Origin: an uncultured delta proteobacterium
Lineage (GTDB): Bacteria > Desulfobacterota > Binatia > Binatales > Binataceae
Length of the DNA: 64,000 bases
Direction: 5' to 3'
NCBI GenBank assembly: GCA_963794325.1
Contig: CAWCDG010000005.1
Span: forward strand, 256,001-320,000
The notes under the pieces: generated by a model
Databases searched by the model: none
What the model was told of the DNA's origin: nothing
Seen by the model: the letters and a program-made list of their open reading frames with translations, nothing else
Made by a program: the position numbers and the translations under genes
In this document: positions 40,135 through 48,760 of the stretch, piece after piece
Position numbering within the stretch: the first letter of the stretch is position 1
Layout of the letters: the number at the start of each line of letters is the position of its first letter

Positions 40135-40386
40135 CAGTGAACCCCGCCGCGCCGCCGAATTCCGGCGACGCCGATTTCACACCACCCAACTCGATGCCGT
40201 CCCGCAGGACAGCTCATCCACACGCCGTGAGACGCGCGCCCGCCGCGATCGGTCGATTGCGGCACGACGCCAACCACTACTGGCTCACTGGTTATCAATA
40301 TTAGGGAATCGAAGGGTCAAGCGAAACATGAACCGACCCCGAAAACGTCAGTTATTTACACAGGAAGAGTGGGAAGGGGGAAGCCA

Positions 40387-40458
40387 TTACACTTGAGGTG
40401 GAACCCGCGGTGGGTTTCACACCTCCTTCGGCAGGGGTGACCCCTGCACCCAGTGTAA
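40387..40458. other. Unclassified three-way-junction structured element
   Basis: Closing stem TTACACT/AGTGTAA encloses hairpins GAGGTGGAACCC..GGGTTTCACACCTC and GCAGGGG-TGA-CCCCTGC. Confidence 0.45.
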
Positions 40459-40489
40459 AAAGAAAGGGCGCCCAGTTGGGCGCCCTCTC
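40457..40489 (-). terminator. Intrinsic terminator of the aldehyde dehydrogenase gene
   Basis: Minus strand GAGAGGGCGCCCA-AC-TGGGCGCCCTTTC followed by TTTTT, about 25 nt after the stop. Confidence 0.85.
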
Positions 40490-40512
40490 CTGCTATTCGA
40501 TCTGTTCTCGAA

Positions 40513-42027
40513 CTACCCGATCTTCGCGTATACCGACTTGATCTGCGTGTACAGATCGATCGCGTACTTGCCGAGTTCGCGGCCGAAGCCGGACTGCTTG
40601 TAGCCGCCAAACGGGGACATCGGATCGATCTGACCGTAGGTGTTGATCCAGACCGTGCCGGCTTTGAGCTTGCGCGCGACGCCGAGCGCACGGTTGATAT
40701 CCTTGGTCCAGACTGCGGCGGCCAGCCCGTAGGTTGTGTCGTTGCCCTGGGCGATGACGTCGTTCTCGTCCTTGAACTTGATCGCCGAGGCGACCGGGCC
40801 AAAGATTTCTTCGCGCGCGATTTTCATCTGGTTGTTCACGCCGGTGAAAACCGTCGGCTGAATGAAGTAGCCGGATTCCTGCTTGCCGGGCTCGCCGCCA
40901 GTCTTGGCCGTCGCGCCTTCCGCCTTGCCGGTCTTCAGATATCCCTTGACGCGATCGTGCTGCTCTTTGGAAACCAGCGGTCCCATGCGGGTGTTCGGAT
41001 CCAGTGGATTGCCGAGCGTCAGGCCGCTCGCGATCTTCGACAGCTCATCGGTGAACTGATCGTAAACCTTCTCCTGCACGAACACGCGCGAGCCGGCGCA
41101 GCAGACCTGGCCCTGGTTCATGAAAATGCCCAGCGCGGATCCGAATACCGCGGACGGCATGTCAGCGTCGGGGAAAATGATGTTGGGCGACTTGCCACCG
41201 AGCTCGAGCGAGACGCGCTTCAAGTTGCCAGTCGAGGCCTGCAGGATCAATTTGCCGACCTCGGTCGAGCCGGTGAATGCGACCTTGTCGACATCGGGAT
41301 GCTCGGCGAGCGCGCTGCCGGCGCCGGGGCCGAAGCCGGTGATGATTTGCACGACGCCCTCAGGCAGTCCCGCCTCGAGGATAAGTTCGCCGAGGCGAAG
41401 CGCAGTCAGCGGAGTCTGCTCGGCAGGCTTCAGGATGACGACGTTGCCGCATGCGAGCGCGGGCGCAATTTTCCACGACGCCATCAGCAGCGGGAAATTC
41501 CACGGGATGATCTGTCCGCACACGCCAACCGGTTCGCGCAGCGTGTAGTTGAACATCGAGGGATCGGACGGGTTGGTCTCGCCATAAATCTTGGTCGCGA
41601 AGCCGGCGTAGTAGCGGAAGGTCTCGGCGGCGCCCGGGATGTCGATATTCTTCGACTCGAACAGCGGCTTGCCGTTGTCGAGCGTCTCGAGCTCGGAGAG
41701 CTCTTCGGCATGCTTGTCGATCAGCTCCGCAATCTTGAGCAGGAAGTGCGTGCGCGCGTGTGGGCTGAGCTTGGACCACTGGCCTTCTTCGTATGCCTTG
41801 CGCGCGTGCTTGACCGCCTCGTCGACGTCGGCCTTGTCGCCCTCGGCAACCAGCGCGAGCACCTGCTCGTTGGACGGGTTGAGGGTCTCGAAGGTCTTGC
41901 CGGACTTCGACGGCACCCATTTGTTGTTGATAAGAAGTTTTTTGGGCGAGCTCTTGAGAAACTCAAGCGCTGCGCTCGACTTGGCGCCGCGAGTCGCGGA
42001 CTCCAATGACGCTGATGCTGATGCCAT
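40513..42027 (-). CDS. Aldehyde dehydrogenase
   Basis: IPWNFP, FTGSTEVG, LELGGKSP, NQGQVCCAGSR, EEIFGPV. Confidence 0.97.
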   Translation of the reverse strand: MASASASLESATRGAKSSAALEFLKSSPKKLLINNKWVPSKSGKTFETLNPSNEQVLALVAEGDKADVDEAVKHARKAYEEGQWSKLSPHARTHFLLKIAELIDKHAEELSELETLDNGKPLFESKNIDIPGAAETFRYYAGFATKIYGETNPSDPSMFNYTLREPVGVCGQIIPWNFPLLMASWKIAPALACGNVVILKPAEQTPLTALRLGELILEAGLPEGVVQIITGFGPGAGSALAEHPDVDKVAFTGSTEVGKLILQASTGNLKRVSLELGGKSPNIIFPDADMPSAVFGSALGIFMNQGQVCCAGSRVFVQEKVYDQFTDELSKIASGLTLGNPLDPNTRMGPLVSKEQHDRVKGYLKTGKAEGATAKTGGEPGKQESGYFIQPTVFTGVNNQMKIAREEIFGPVASAIKFKDENDVIAQGNDTTYGLAAAVWTKDINRALGVARKLKAGTVWINTYGQIDPMSPFGGYKQSGFGRELGKYAIDLYTQIKSVYAKIG

Positions 42028-42167
42028 TTTACCTAATCTCCTGTCGGTGATGTGTCGGTGCGATCAGAGCCTGATTAACACTCGAACCATAGTAAATCGA
42101 GATGTATTCGGCAAAGCGAAAAGTGGGCGCGCCGCCCTTGCTATTGCTATTGTGAGCGCAACCGTCA

Positions 42168-44750
42168 GTGCCCGTGGCAGTCAAGCAGACACCCCTCATC
42201 GCGCAGTATCTCAGCGTCAAGCAGCGCGTCCCCGACGCGATCCTGTTTTTTCGCCTCGGCGATTTCTACGAGATGTTCTTCGAGGACGCCGAAGTCGGCG
42301 CGCGCGTGCTCGATATCCAGCTCACTTCGCGCAACAAGGACGGCGTGCCGCTGTGCGGCGTGCCCTACCATAGTGCGGAACCGTACATCGCCAAGCTGCT
42401 GAAGGCCGGCCACAAGGTCGCGATCTGCGAGCAAGGCACGCCCGACCCCAAGACGCCCAAGTTGATGCCGCGGCAAATCGTGCGCGTGATCACGCCCGGC
42501 ACCGTCGGCGAGGAGATGGTGCTGACGGCGGCGGAGAAAAGCTACCTGGTCGCGGTCACCGGCGCCGAGGGTACCGGATTCACGCTGGCAGCGCTCGACG
42601 TGTCGACGGGCGAGTTCCTGGCGACACAGGTTCGCGAGGCCTCGACGCTGTGCGAGGAGATCGCGCGAATCGCGCCGCGCGAAATTGTGATCGCGGCGAA
42701 AGACGGCGAGTTGGGAGCGCTGCTGAAAGACTTGAACTGCTCGCTGACGACGCTCGATCACGAATCGTTCGGCGCCGAGCGCGCGATGGCGGCATTCTCG
42801 AATCGGTTCGCGAGCGCATCTGCGGAACTTAACCAATCGATCGCCCACACGGCGGGAATCGCGCTGCTCTATGTCGAGGATACCTTCGGGCACGACCTGG
42901 CGCATATCGCAGCGCCGCGTCTGTACCGGATTGCCGAGTACATGGTGGTGGACGAGACCACGCGGCGGCATCTCGAACTGATCGCGTCCACCGACGGCGC
43001 GCGCAAAGGATCGTTGCTCTCGATTCTCGACGAGACGCTGACCGCGGTCGGCGCGCGCACGCTGGGCAACTGGATCATCTATCCGCTCATGGCGCTCGAC
43101 GCGATTCACGCGCGACACGACGCGCTCGAAGAACTGTTCGACGCGGACCTCGGCGGTACGCTGGCGGAGTCGTTGAAGCGAATCGGCGACCTCGAGCGGC
43201 TCGCGGGACGAATCGGTGCGATGCGCGCATCGCCGCGGGATTGTCTTCGTCTCGGCGATGCGCTCGGCGCGGCGGACTCGCTCAAACAAGCGATGGGAGC
43301 GCTGAAGAGCCCGCTCATCCGCGAGCAGGCTGCGCGAATCTCGCCGATACCCGCGCTGGTCGCGCAAATCGCGGCCACGCTGTCCGACGAGCCTCCCGTC
43401 AATCCGCGCGACGGCAACGTGATTCGAGCGGGCCTCAGCGCCGAGGTCGATGAACTGCGGAGTCTGGCGTCGGGCGCCCGCGGGGTGATCGCGAAGTTGG
43501 AAGCCACCGAGCGCGAGCGCACCAGCATCCCGTCGCTCAAGGTCCGCTACAACAATATCTTCGGCTATTACATCGAGGTCACCAAATCCAATCTCGAACG
43601 GGTGCCCGCCGACTATGAGCGCAAACAGACGCTGGTCAGTGCCGAACGCTTCACCACGCCCGCGCTCAAGGAACTCGAGCGTAAAATCCTGACGGCGGAA
43701 TCTGCGCTCAAGGAACTCGAGCTGCAGATTTTCACCAAGCTGTTACGCGACCTGCAGTCGCACGCTGCCAGGATCCTTGAAACCGCTCGCGCCATTGGCG
43801 AATTCGACGCATTGATGTCGCTGGCGAAAGTCGCGCGGCATCGCGGGTACGTTCGTCCGAAGATCAACACCGGCCTTCGGATTCGGGTGCGTGACGGACG
43901 GCATCCGGTGCTCGAAGCCGGGATGCGCGCGGGCGAGTTCGTGCCCAACGACCTCGACGCGGAGCCCGACGCGCGTCAAATCCTGCTGATCACCGGACCC
44001 AACATGGCCGGCAAATCGACCTACCTGCGGCAGGTCGCGTTGATCGCGATCATGGCGCAAATCGGCAGCTTCGTTCCCGCCGCCGAGGCGACTATCGGGC
44101 TTATCGATCGCGTGCTGACGCGAATCGGCGCGCGCGACGAGCTGCGGCGCGGCGAGTCAACTTTCATGGTCGAGATGAGCGAGACGGCGCGCCTGCTGAA
44201 GGGGCTCTCCGAGCGCAGCCTGCTGCTGCTCGACGAGGTCGGGCGCGGCACCAGCACTTTCGATGGGCTTGCGATCGCGTGGGCCGTCGCCGAGTACCTG
44301 CACGATCAGACTCGCGCGAAGGTGCTGTTCGCGACGCATTTTCACGAGCTGACCGACCTCGCGCGCGAGCGTCCGCGAGTAAAGAACCTGAGCATGGCGG
44401 TGCGCGAATGGGGCGACGAGGTAATTTTCCTGCGCCGCGTTATCGAGCAGCCGGCGTCGCGAAGTTACGGAATCGAAGTGGCGCGCCTGGCGGGATTGCC
44501 TGATTCGATAATCACCCGCGCGCGGGAAATTCTCGCCAACCTCGAGCAAGGCGAACTCGACGAAGCCGGGATGCCGCGAATCGCCCGCGACCGCCGCGCG
44601 AAAATGCCAGCGCCCCAGCTCGGCCTGTTCTCGCCACGAGAAGAGCGCATCGTCGATGAACTCCGCTCGCTCGACATCGAACGAATGACCCCAATGGACG
44701 CGCTGAACGCCCTAGCCCGCCTCGCCGCCCGCCTCAAGCAGGAGAAGTAG
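42168..44750 (+). CDS. mutS: DNA mismatch repair protein MutS
   Basis: FRLGDFYEMF, TGPNMAGKST, STFMVEM, DEVGRGTST, FATHFHEL. Confidence 0.98.
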   Translation: MPVAVKQTPLIAQYLSVKQRVPDAILFFRLGDFYEMFFEDAEVGARVLDIQLTSRNKDGVPLCGVPYHSAEPYIAKLLKAGHKVAICEQGTPDPKTPKLMPRQIVRVITPGTVGEEMVLTAAEKSYLVAVTGAEGTGFTLAALDVSTGEFLATQVREASTLCEEIARIAPREIVIAAKDGELGALLKDLNCSLTTLDHESFGAERAMAAFSNRFASASAELNQSIAHTAGIALLYVEDTFGHDLAHIAAPRLYRIAEYMVVDETTRRHLELIASTDGARKGSLLSILDETLTAVGARTLGNWIIYPLMALDAIHARHDALEELFDADLGGTLAESLKRIGDLERLAGRIGAMRASPRDCLRLGDALGAADSLKQAMGALKSPLIREQAARISPIPALVAQIAATLSDEPPVNPRDGNVIRAGLSAEVDELRSLASGARGVIAKLEATERERTSIPSLKVRYNNIFGYYIEVTKSNLERVPADYERKQTLVSAERFTTPALKELERKILTAESALKELELQIFTKLLRDLQSHAARILETARAIGEFDALMSLAKVARHRGYVRPKINTGLRIRVRDGRHPVLEAGMRAGEFVPNDLDAEPDARQILLITGPNMAGKSTYLRQVALIAIMAQIGSFVPAAEATIGLIDRVLTRIGARDELRRGESTFMVEMSETARLLKGLSERSLLLLDEVGRGTSTFDGLAIAWAVAEYLHDQTRAKVLFATHFHELTDLARERPRVKNLSMAVREWGDEVIFLRRVIEQPASRSYGIEVARLAGLPDSIITRAREILANLEQGELDEAGMPRIARDRRAKMPAPQLGLFSPREERIVDELRSLDIERMTPMDALNALARLAARLKQEK

Positions 44751-44764
44751 CAAGGGTACCTTTT

Positions 44765-44966
44765 CCTTGTGTCATTCAGAGCGAAGCGATCCCTTGTGTC
44801 ATCCTGACGAAGCGAGCAACGCGAGCGGCAGGACATGGCTTCTGGCCTCCGGACTGCTTCGCGCCACACGCGAAGCCGGTTCCGGTCTCCGAGTTCGCGC
44901 GCTGCGCGCGCTCCATTTCGGCCGCTGTTCAATTCGCTCACAAACTCAGAACGAAGCGAAGAATCC
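44765..44966 (+). repeat. Cluster of degenerate GTCAT(T/C)C(A/T)GAGCGAAGCGA repeats
   Basis: Tandem copies at 44765-44789 and 44792-44815; partial copy TCAGAACGAAGCGAAGAATCC at 44946-44966. Confidence 0.7.
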
Positions 44967-44975
44967 TGACAGCGC

Positions 44976-45009
44976 GTACATTTTCAGGTACGTGTACTAT
45001 GAAAGGTAC
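44976..45009. promoter_or_regulatory. Palindromic operator upstream of the HTH gene
   Basis: GTACATTTTCA..GTACGTGTAC..TGAAAGGTAC imperfect inverted repeat containing four GTAC boxes. Confidence 0.5.
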
Positions 45010-45020
45010 AAGTTGGAACG

Positions 45021-45299
45021 ATGAGTAGGAAACACATGGGCTCCAGAATCGATGATTTCCTCAAGGAGGAGGGAATTTTTGATGAGGCGGAAGCAGAGGC
45101 GGTCAAGGAAGTCGTGGCATGGCAGCTCGCCGAGGCCATGAAGAAGCGGGGAATCTCGAAGAATAAGATGGCAGCGCGGCTCAAGACCAGTCGCAGCCAG
45201 GTTGACCGCATTCTTGATCCGAAGAACGACATCACACTTTCCAGTTTGCAGCGGGCGGCAGCGATCGTCGGTCGGCGCGTCTCGATCGAGCTGGTCTAG
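45021..45299 (+). CDS. XRE/HigA-like HTH antitoxin-type regulator (orphan)
   Basis: HMGSRIDDFLKEEG..K.V.AWQL..AM..MA.RLKTSRSQVDRILDP..ITLSSLQRAA. Confidence 0.8.
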   Translation: MSRKHMGSRIDDFLKEEGIFDEAEAEAVKEVVAWQLAEAMKKRGISKNKMAARLKTSRSQVDRILDPKNDITLSSLQRAAAIVGRRVSIELV

Positions 45300-45418
45300 A
45301 GAAGGAATAAAGCACCGCCCCCTCCATTGACAGAATCTGCCCAAAGCCTGAATGTCCGGAAGATTGAAGATTGTGCCTGTTCAAAAAATTCACTTTTGAT
45401 CACTCAGAGGGGACACCG

Positions 45419-46465
45419 ATGTTTGTCCGTAATGCCTGGTACATAGCAGCGTGGTCTGACGAAGTTGCACAGTCGCCGCTGGGCCGACGGGTTCTTGGCG
45501 AGCCGGTCGTCCTGTTCAGGGATTCCGCGGGAGCAATCGCCGCGCTCCAGGACCGATGCTGCCATCGCGGCGCGCCGTTATCGTTGGGCGAGGTCGTCCC
45601 GCGCGGAATCCAATGCGGGTACCACGGGCTGGTCTTCGACTCCGCAGGACAATGCGTGCTGGTGCCGGGAGATCATAAGGTGCCACCGGGCGCTCAGGTC
45701 CGCTCTTATCCGGTCGTCGAGCGGGACGCGTTCGTATGGATATGGATGGGGAAGCCCGAACAGGCGGATCGCTCGCTGATCATCGACTTCCCTTACCACA
45801 ACGATTCCCGAAATTGGCCGCATCAACATACGATGATGCATTTGCGCAGCGGCTACTTGCTGGTGTTGGACAACCTGATGGATCTTTCGCATCTGGGCTA
45901 CGTGCATAAAGGCACTGTCGGCGGTGACGCGACTACTCACGTCGAGGCCAAAATGCGGACCGTGCGCACGCCCAACGGCGTGAGATTCGAGCGCTGGATG
46001 ATCGACTCGGTGCCGCCACCGACTTACGTCAAGGCTGTCGGATTCAAAGGCAAGGTGGATCGATGGCAGGAGATCGAATTCGTCGCGCCCAACGCGGTGC
46101 TTCAATGGAACGGCGCGATCGACGCGGGGACAGGTGTGTTGCGCGACTGGAAATACGATAGACCCCGCGAAAACTGTTTCTCGTTCAGGCTATTCCACGG
46201 CATAACGCCCGAAACTGAGAACAGCAGCTTTTATTTTTGGTCGTCGGCAAATGGCTACAGCCAAAATGATCCCAGTGCGACTCGCCAGCTATTTGATGAA
46301 ATCGCCAGGACTTTCGAACAGGACAAGGCGGTCCTCGAAGCTCAGCAACAGCGACTGCTCGAGCTTCCCGACGGGCCGCTGGTCGAAATTCACGGCGATG
46401 CGGCACGGATTCATGCGCGGCGCGCAATTGATCGTCTGATCGCAACCGAGCAGTCGCCGCGTTGA
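45419..46465 (+). CDS. Rieske non-heme iron oxygenase (VanA-like demethylase alpha subunit)
   Basis: CCHRG..CGYHG Rieske motif, DNLMDLSHLGYVH iron site, FEQD. Start at ATG 45419. Confidence 0.92.
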   Translation: MFVRNAWYIAAWSDEVAQSPLGRRVLGEPVVLFRDSAGAIAALQDRCCHRGAPLSLGEVVPRGIQCGYHGLVFDSAGQCVLVPGDHKVPPGAQVRSYPVVERDAFVWIWMGKPEQADRSLIIDFPYHNDSRNWPHQHTMMHLRSGYLLVLDNLMDLSHLGYVHKGTVGGDATTHVEAKMRTVRTPNGVRFERWMIDSVPPPTYVKAVGFKGKVDRWQEIEFVAPNAVLQWNGAIDAGTGVLRDWKYDRPRENCFSFRLFHGITPETENSSFYFWSSANGYSQNDPSATRQLFDEIARTFEQDKAVLEAQQQRLLELPDGPLVEIHGDAARIHARRAIDRLIATEQSPR

Positions 46466-46599
46466 AACCAGGACAATACGACGCGCGCCAAGGTAAGCCC
46501 TTTATAGTGGGGCGGGCCGCCGTGCCCGCCATCGACGCGCGGGCGTCCGCGCCCACGCTTACCGATGAATGGCGCTGGGTGTGGCCGGGACCTCGAGCC

Positions 46600-47369
46600 C
46601 TATCGAACGATGCGCAAGGACTGGATGATGCGGTTGATTTCCGGCTGCGAAACGCCCCGTCGCTTCCCTTGGCTCTGCAAGCGAAGGTGAATTCAACGCG
46701 CTCGTCGTCTGAAAATAGCTCGTCCACCACTTCGTGCGGCCGATTTTGCGGATTTCCGAATTGGAAGCCTCGGAAATCCTTTGTTCGAATAAGATAGATG
46801 CCTGAGTCCGCTTCGCGCGCCATGGTCCCCTTGAGTAGCAGCAGCATCATGGCTCGAACGGCTTCTTTTCGCGACGTGAAAATCGAGATACTGCCGGGAG
46901 TCATCTCAAGAATATTGCGCGTGAGGGCATAGTCTGATCGAAAGGTCTCATCTCCGTAGAGAGCCCTCAGCTTTGTTAAACTTTCTGCATCAAACTTCTG
47001 GCCCAACGTGGGGTATAAAGTGATTCGCTCTTTTGCTGGGAAAGTCTGTAAGACGATTCCTTTCCCCGAATGAAAGTCGATCAGTTGCCACGTTCCGATG
47101 AGCCTGGTTTTCTGCTCGTCCAGATCGTTCCAGGGAACTTCGAATTCAGAGTCGAAATAGGAAAGTCGCTTGCCCGGCGCCTTGGAAATAGATGCGTCCG
47201 TCAGTTCAACCGGGACTTGCCACAGCGCGGGATCTTCCCAACCGAAATAGCGCGCTTCTAAAGCAATCGCAGTTTGGACGCCGAAGAACCACACGTATAT
47301 GGTGAGGGCACCGGCTGCAATTCCGAACCAAATCAGGATGCGACGCCATCTAGGCATTCTGTCTGCCAC
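46600..47369 (-). CDS. Membrane-anchored hypothetical protein, frameshift at the C-run 46655-46658
   Basis: N-terminal TM helix. Correcting one base gives the terminus GVSQPEINRIIQSLRIVR* (TAG 46600-46602) and removes the overlap with the Rieske gene. Lower GC than its neighbours. Confidence 0.6.
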
Positions 47370-47488
47370 GAAATCTTAAGAGCAGGGCCAAGAAAGAAAA
47401 GCAAGGGAGGTTCGCGGTGACACCGTTCAGGGCGTGGCAGTCGCCTCAACTGGCAGCTATCCTTGGATGTTGTGGGTAGCTTGCGGTG

Positions 47489-48760
47489 ATGCGGAAAATG
47501 ATGGCGGTTGCGGTTGCGACGGCGGCGATTTGTGCGACGCCCGCCTTCGTACGCGCCAGTGTTCCCACCTCAGTCTTGAGCTCGGCACGAATTGAGCATC
47601 GCGGGGCTACTCTCGAAATACATTTTGGATTCAGCGGACCTGCTCCACGATTCGAGCTCAGCACGCACGGCAACGAACTCTGGATTGCGCTCGGTCGGAC
47701 TCGCGTCGCGATTCCGCCGCGGCCGTTGTTCGGCCGTGAGTCGGGGCCGGTTTTGAGCGTCCGCGCGATTCAGTCCGAAGGTGGCTCGCGAATCGTGGTC
47801 GAGGTGGTCGGCAATTCCGATTACTCGATCGCGCGGCTCCGCGACAGAAACGAAATAGTGCTGCGCGTCGCGACGAGCGGCGCTGATCCGAATATCATGG
47901 CGCCGATCATCGTTCACAATGATGCGCCGCGCCGCCCTGCCCCGCCCATCGCGCGCCCGGTGGCGTTCGCGCCGGCGGAGAATCCTCGTCCTCGTCCTGT
48001 TTCGCTGGCGCAGCCGATCGCGCCCGCGCCCGTCGCTTTGAATGAGGACAATCGTCAGCCGGGGCATTTTCTCGTGATGATCGATCCCGGTCATGGCGGC
48101 TACGATCCCGGGACACAATCGTCGGACGGCGCGATGGAGAAAGATCTCGCGCTCCAAATCGCGACGCGTCTCAAAGCCGCTCTGGAAGCCCGCGGAATCC
48201 GCGCTCAACTTACGCGCTCGACCGACACTTTCATCAGTCTCGCCGCGCGCACTCGAATTGCGAATAGCGCCGGCGCCGACCTGTTCGTTTCGATCCATCT
48301 CAATTCGAGCCCGAACGCCGACACCACTGGAATCGAAGTCTATTATCTGAACAACACTACGGACCGTGCGACGATTCGGCTGGCGCGGATGGAGAACGGC
48401 GGCGACGGCGGCTATGGCACCCCGAACGACTCCAACTTAAACTACATCCTGACCGACCTGCGCCAGAACTATAAGGCGACGGAAGCGGCTTCTCTGGCCC
48501 GGATGATCGATGCGCAGACGGTCGCCGATCTCGATGCGGGACTTGGACTGAACGTGAACGCGCTCGGAGCAAAGATGGGACCATTTTACGTGCTGGTCGG
48601 CGCGCATATGCCGGCTGTGCTGGTCGAATGCGGCTTCATGTCGAATGCGGCGGAAGCGGCCCGGCTCGAATCGCCGGCGTACGAGGACGTGCTTGGCCGC
48701 GCGATCGCCACCTCAGTCGCGGACTATTTCGACGCCGATGTGGCAGCGGGAAATTTGTGA
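47489..48760 (+). CDS. N-acetylmuramoyl-L-alanine amidase (Amidase_3, AMIN-like N-terminus)
   Basis: Signal peptide, IDPGHGGYDPG, EK, FVSIHLNS, LVECGFMSN. Confidence 0.92.
   Translation: MRKMMAVAVATAAICATPAFVRASVPTSVLSSARIEHRGATLEIHFGFSGPAPRFELSTHGNELWIALGRTRVAIPPRPLFGRESGPVLSVRAIQSEGGSRIVVEVVGNSDYSIARLRDRNEIVLRVATSGADPNIMAPIIVHNDAPRRPAPPIARPVAFAPAENPRPRPVSLAQPIAPAPVALNEDNRQPGHFLVMIDPGHGGYDPGTQSSDGAMEKDLALQIATRLKAALEARGIRAQLTRSTDTFISLAARTRIANSAGADLFVSIHLNSSPNADTTGIEVYYLNNTTDRATIRLARMENGGDGGYGTPNDSNLNYILTDLRQNYKATEAASLARMIDAQTVADLDAGLGLNVNALGAKMGPFYVLVGAHMPAVLVECGFMSNAAEAARLESPAYEDVLGRAIATSVADYFDADVAAGNL

Noticed and set aside
46505-46556. GTGGGGCGGGC..GCCCGCC..GCCCAC GC-rich palindrome after the Rieske gene
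   Set aside because: It is probably a degenerate REP or terminator, but with a single imperfect copy in the window it cannot be supported as a family.
46185-46599. C-terminal extension of the 394-aa ORF overlapping the Rieske gene
   Set aside because: It is an artefact of the frameshift at 46655-46658; the corrected frame stops at 46600.
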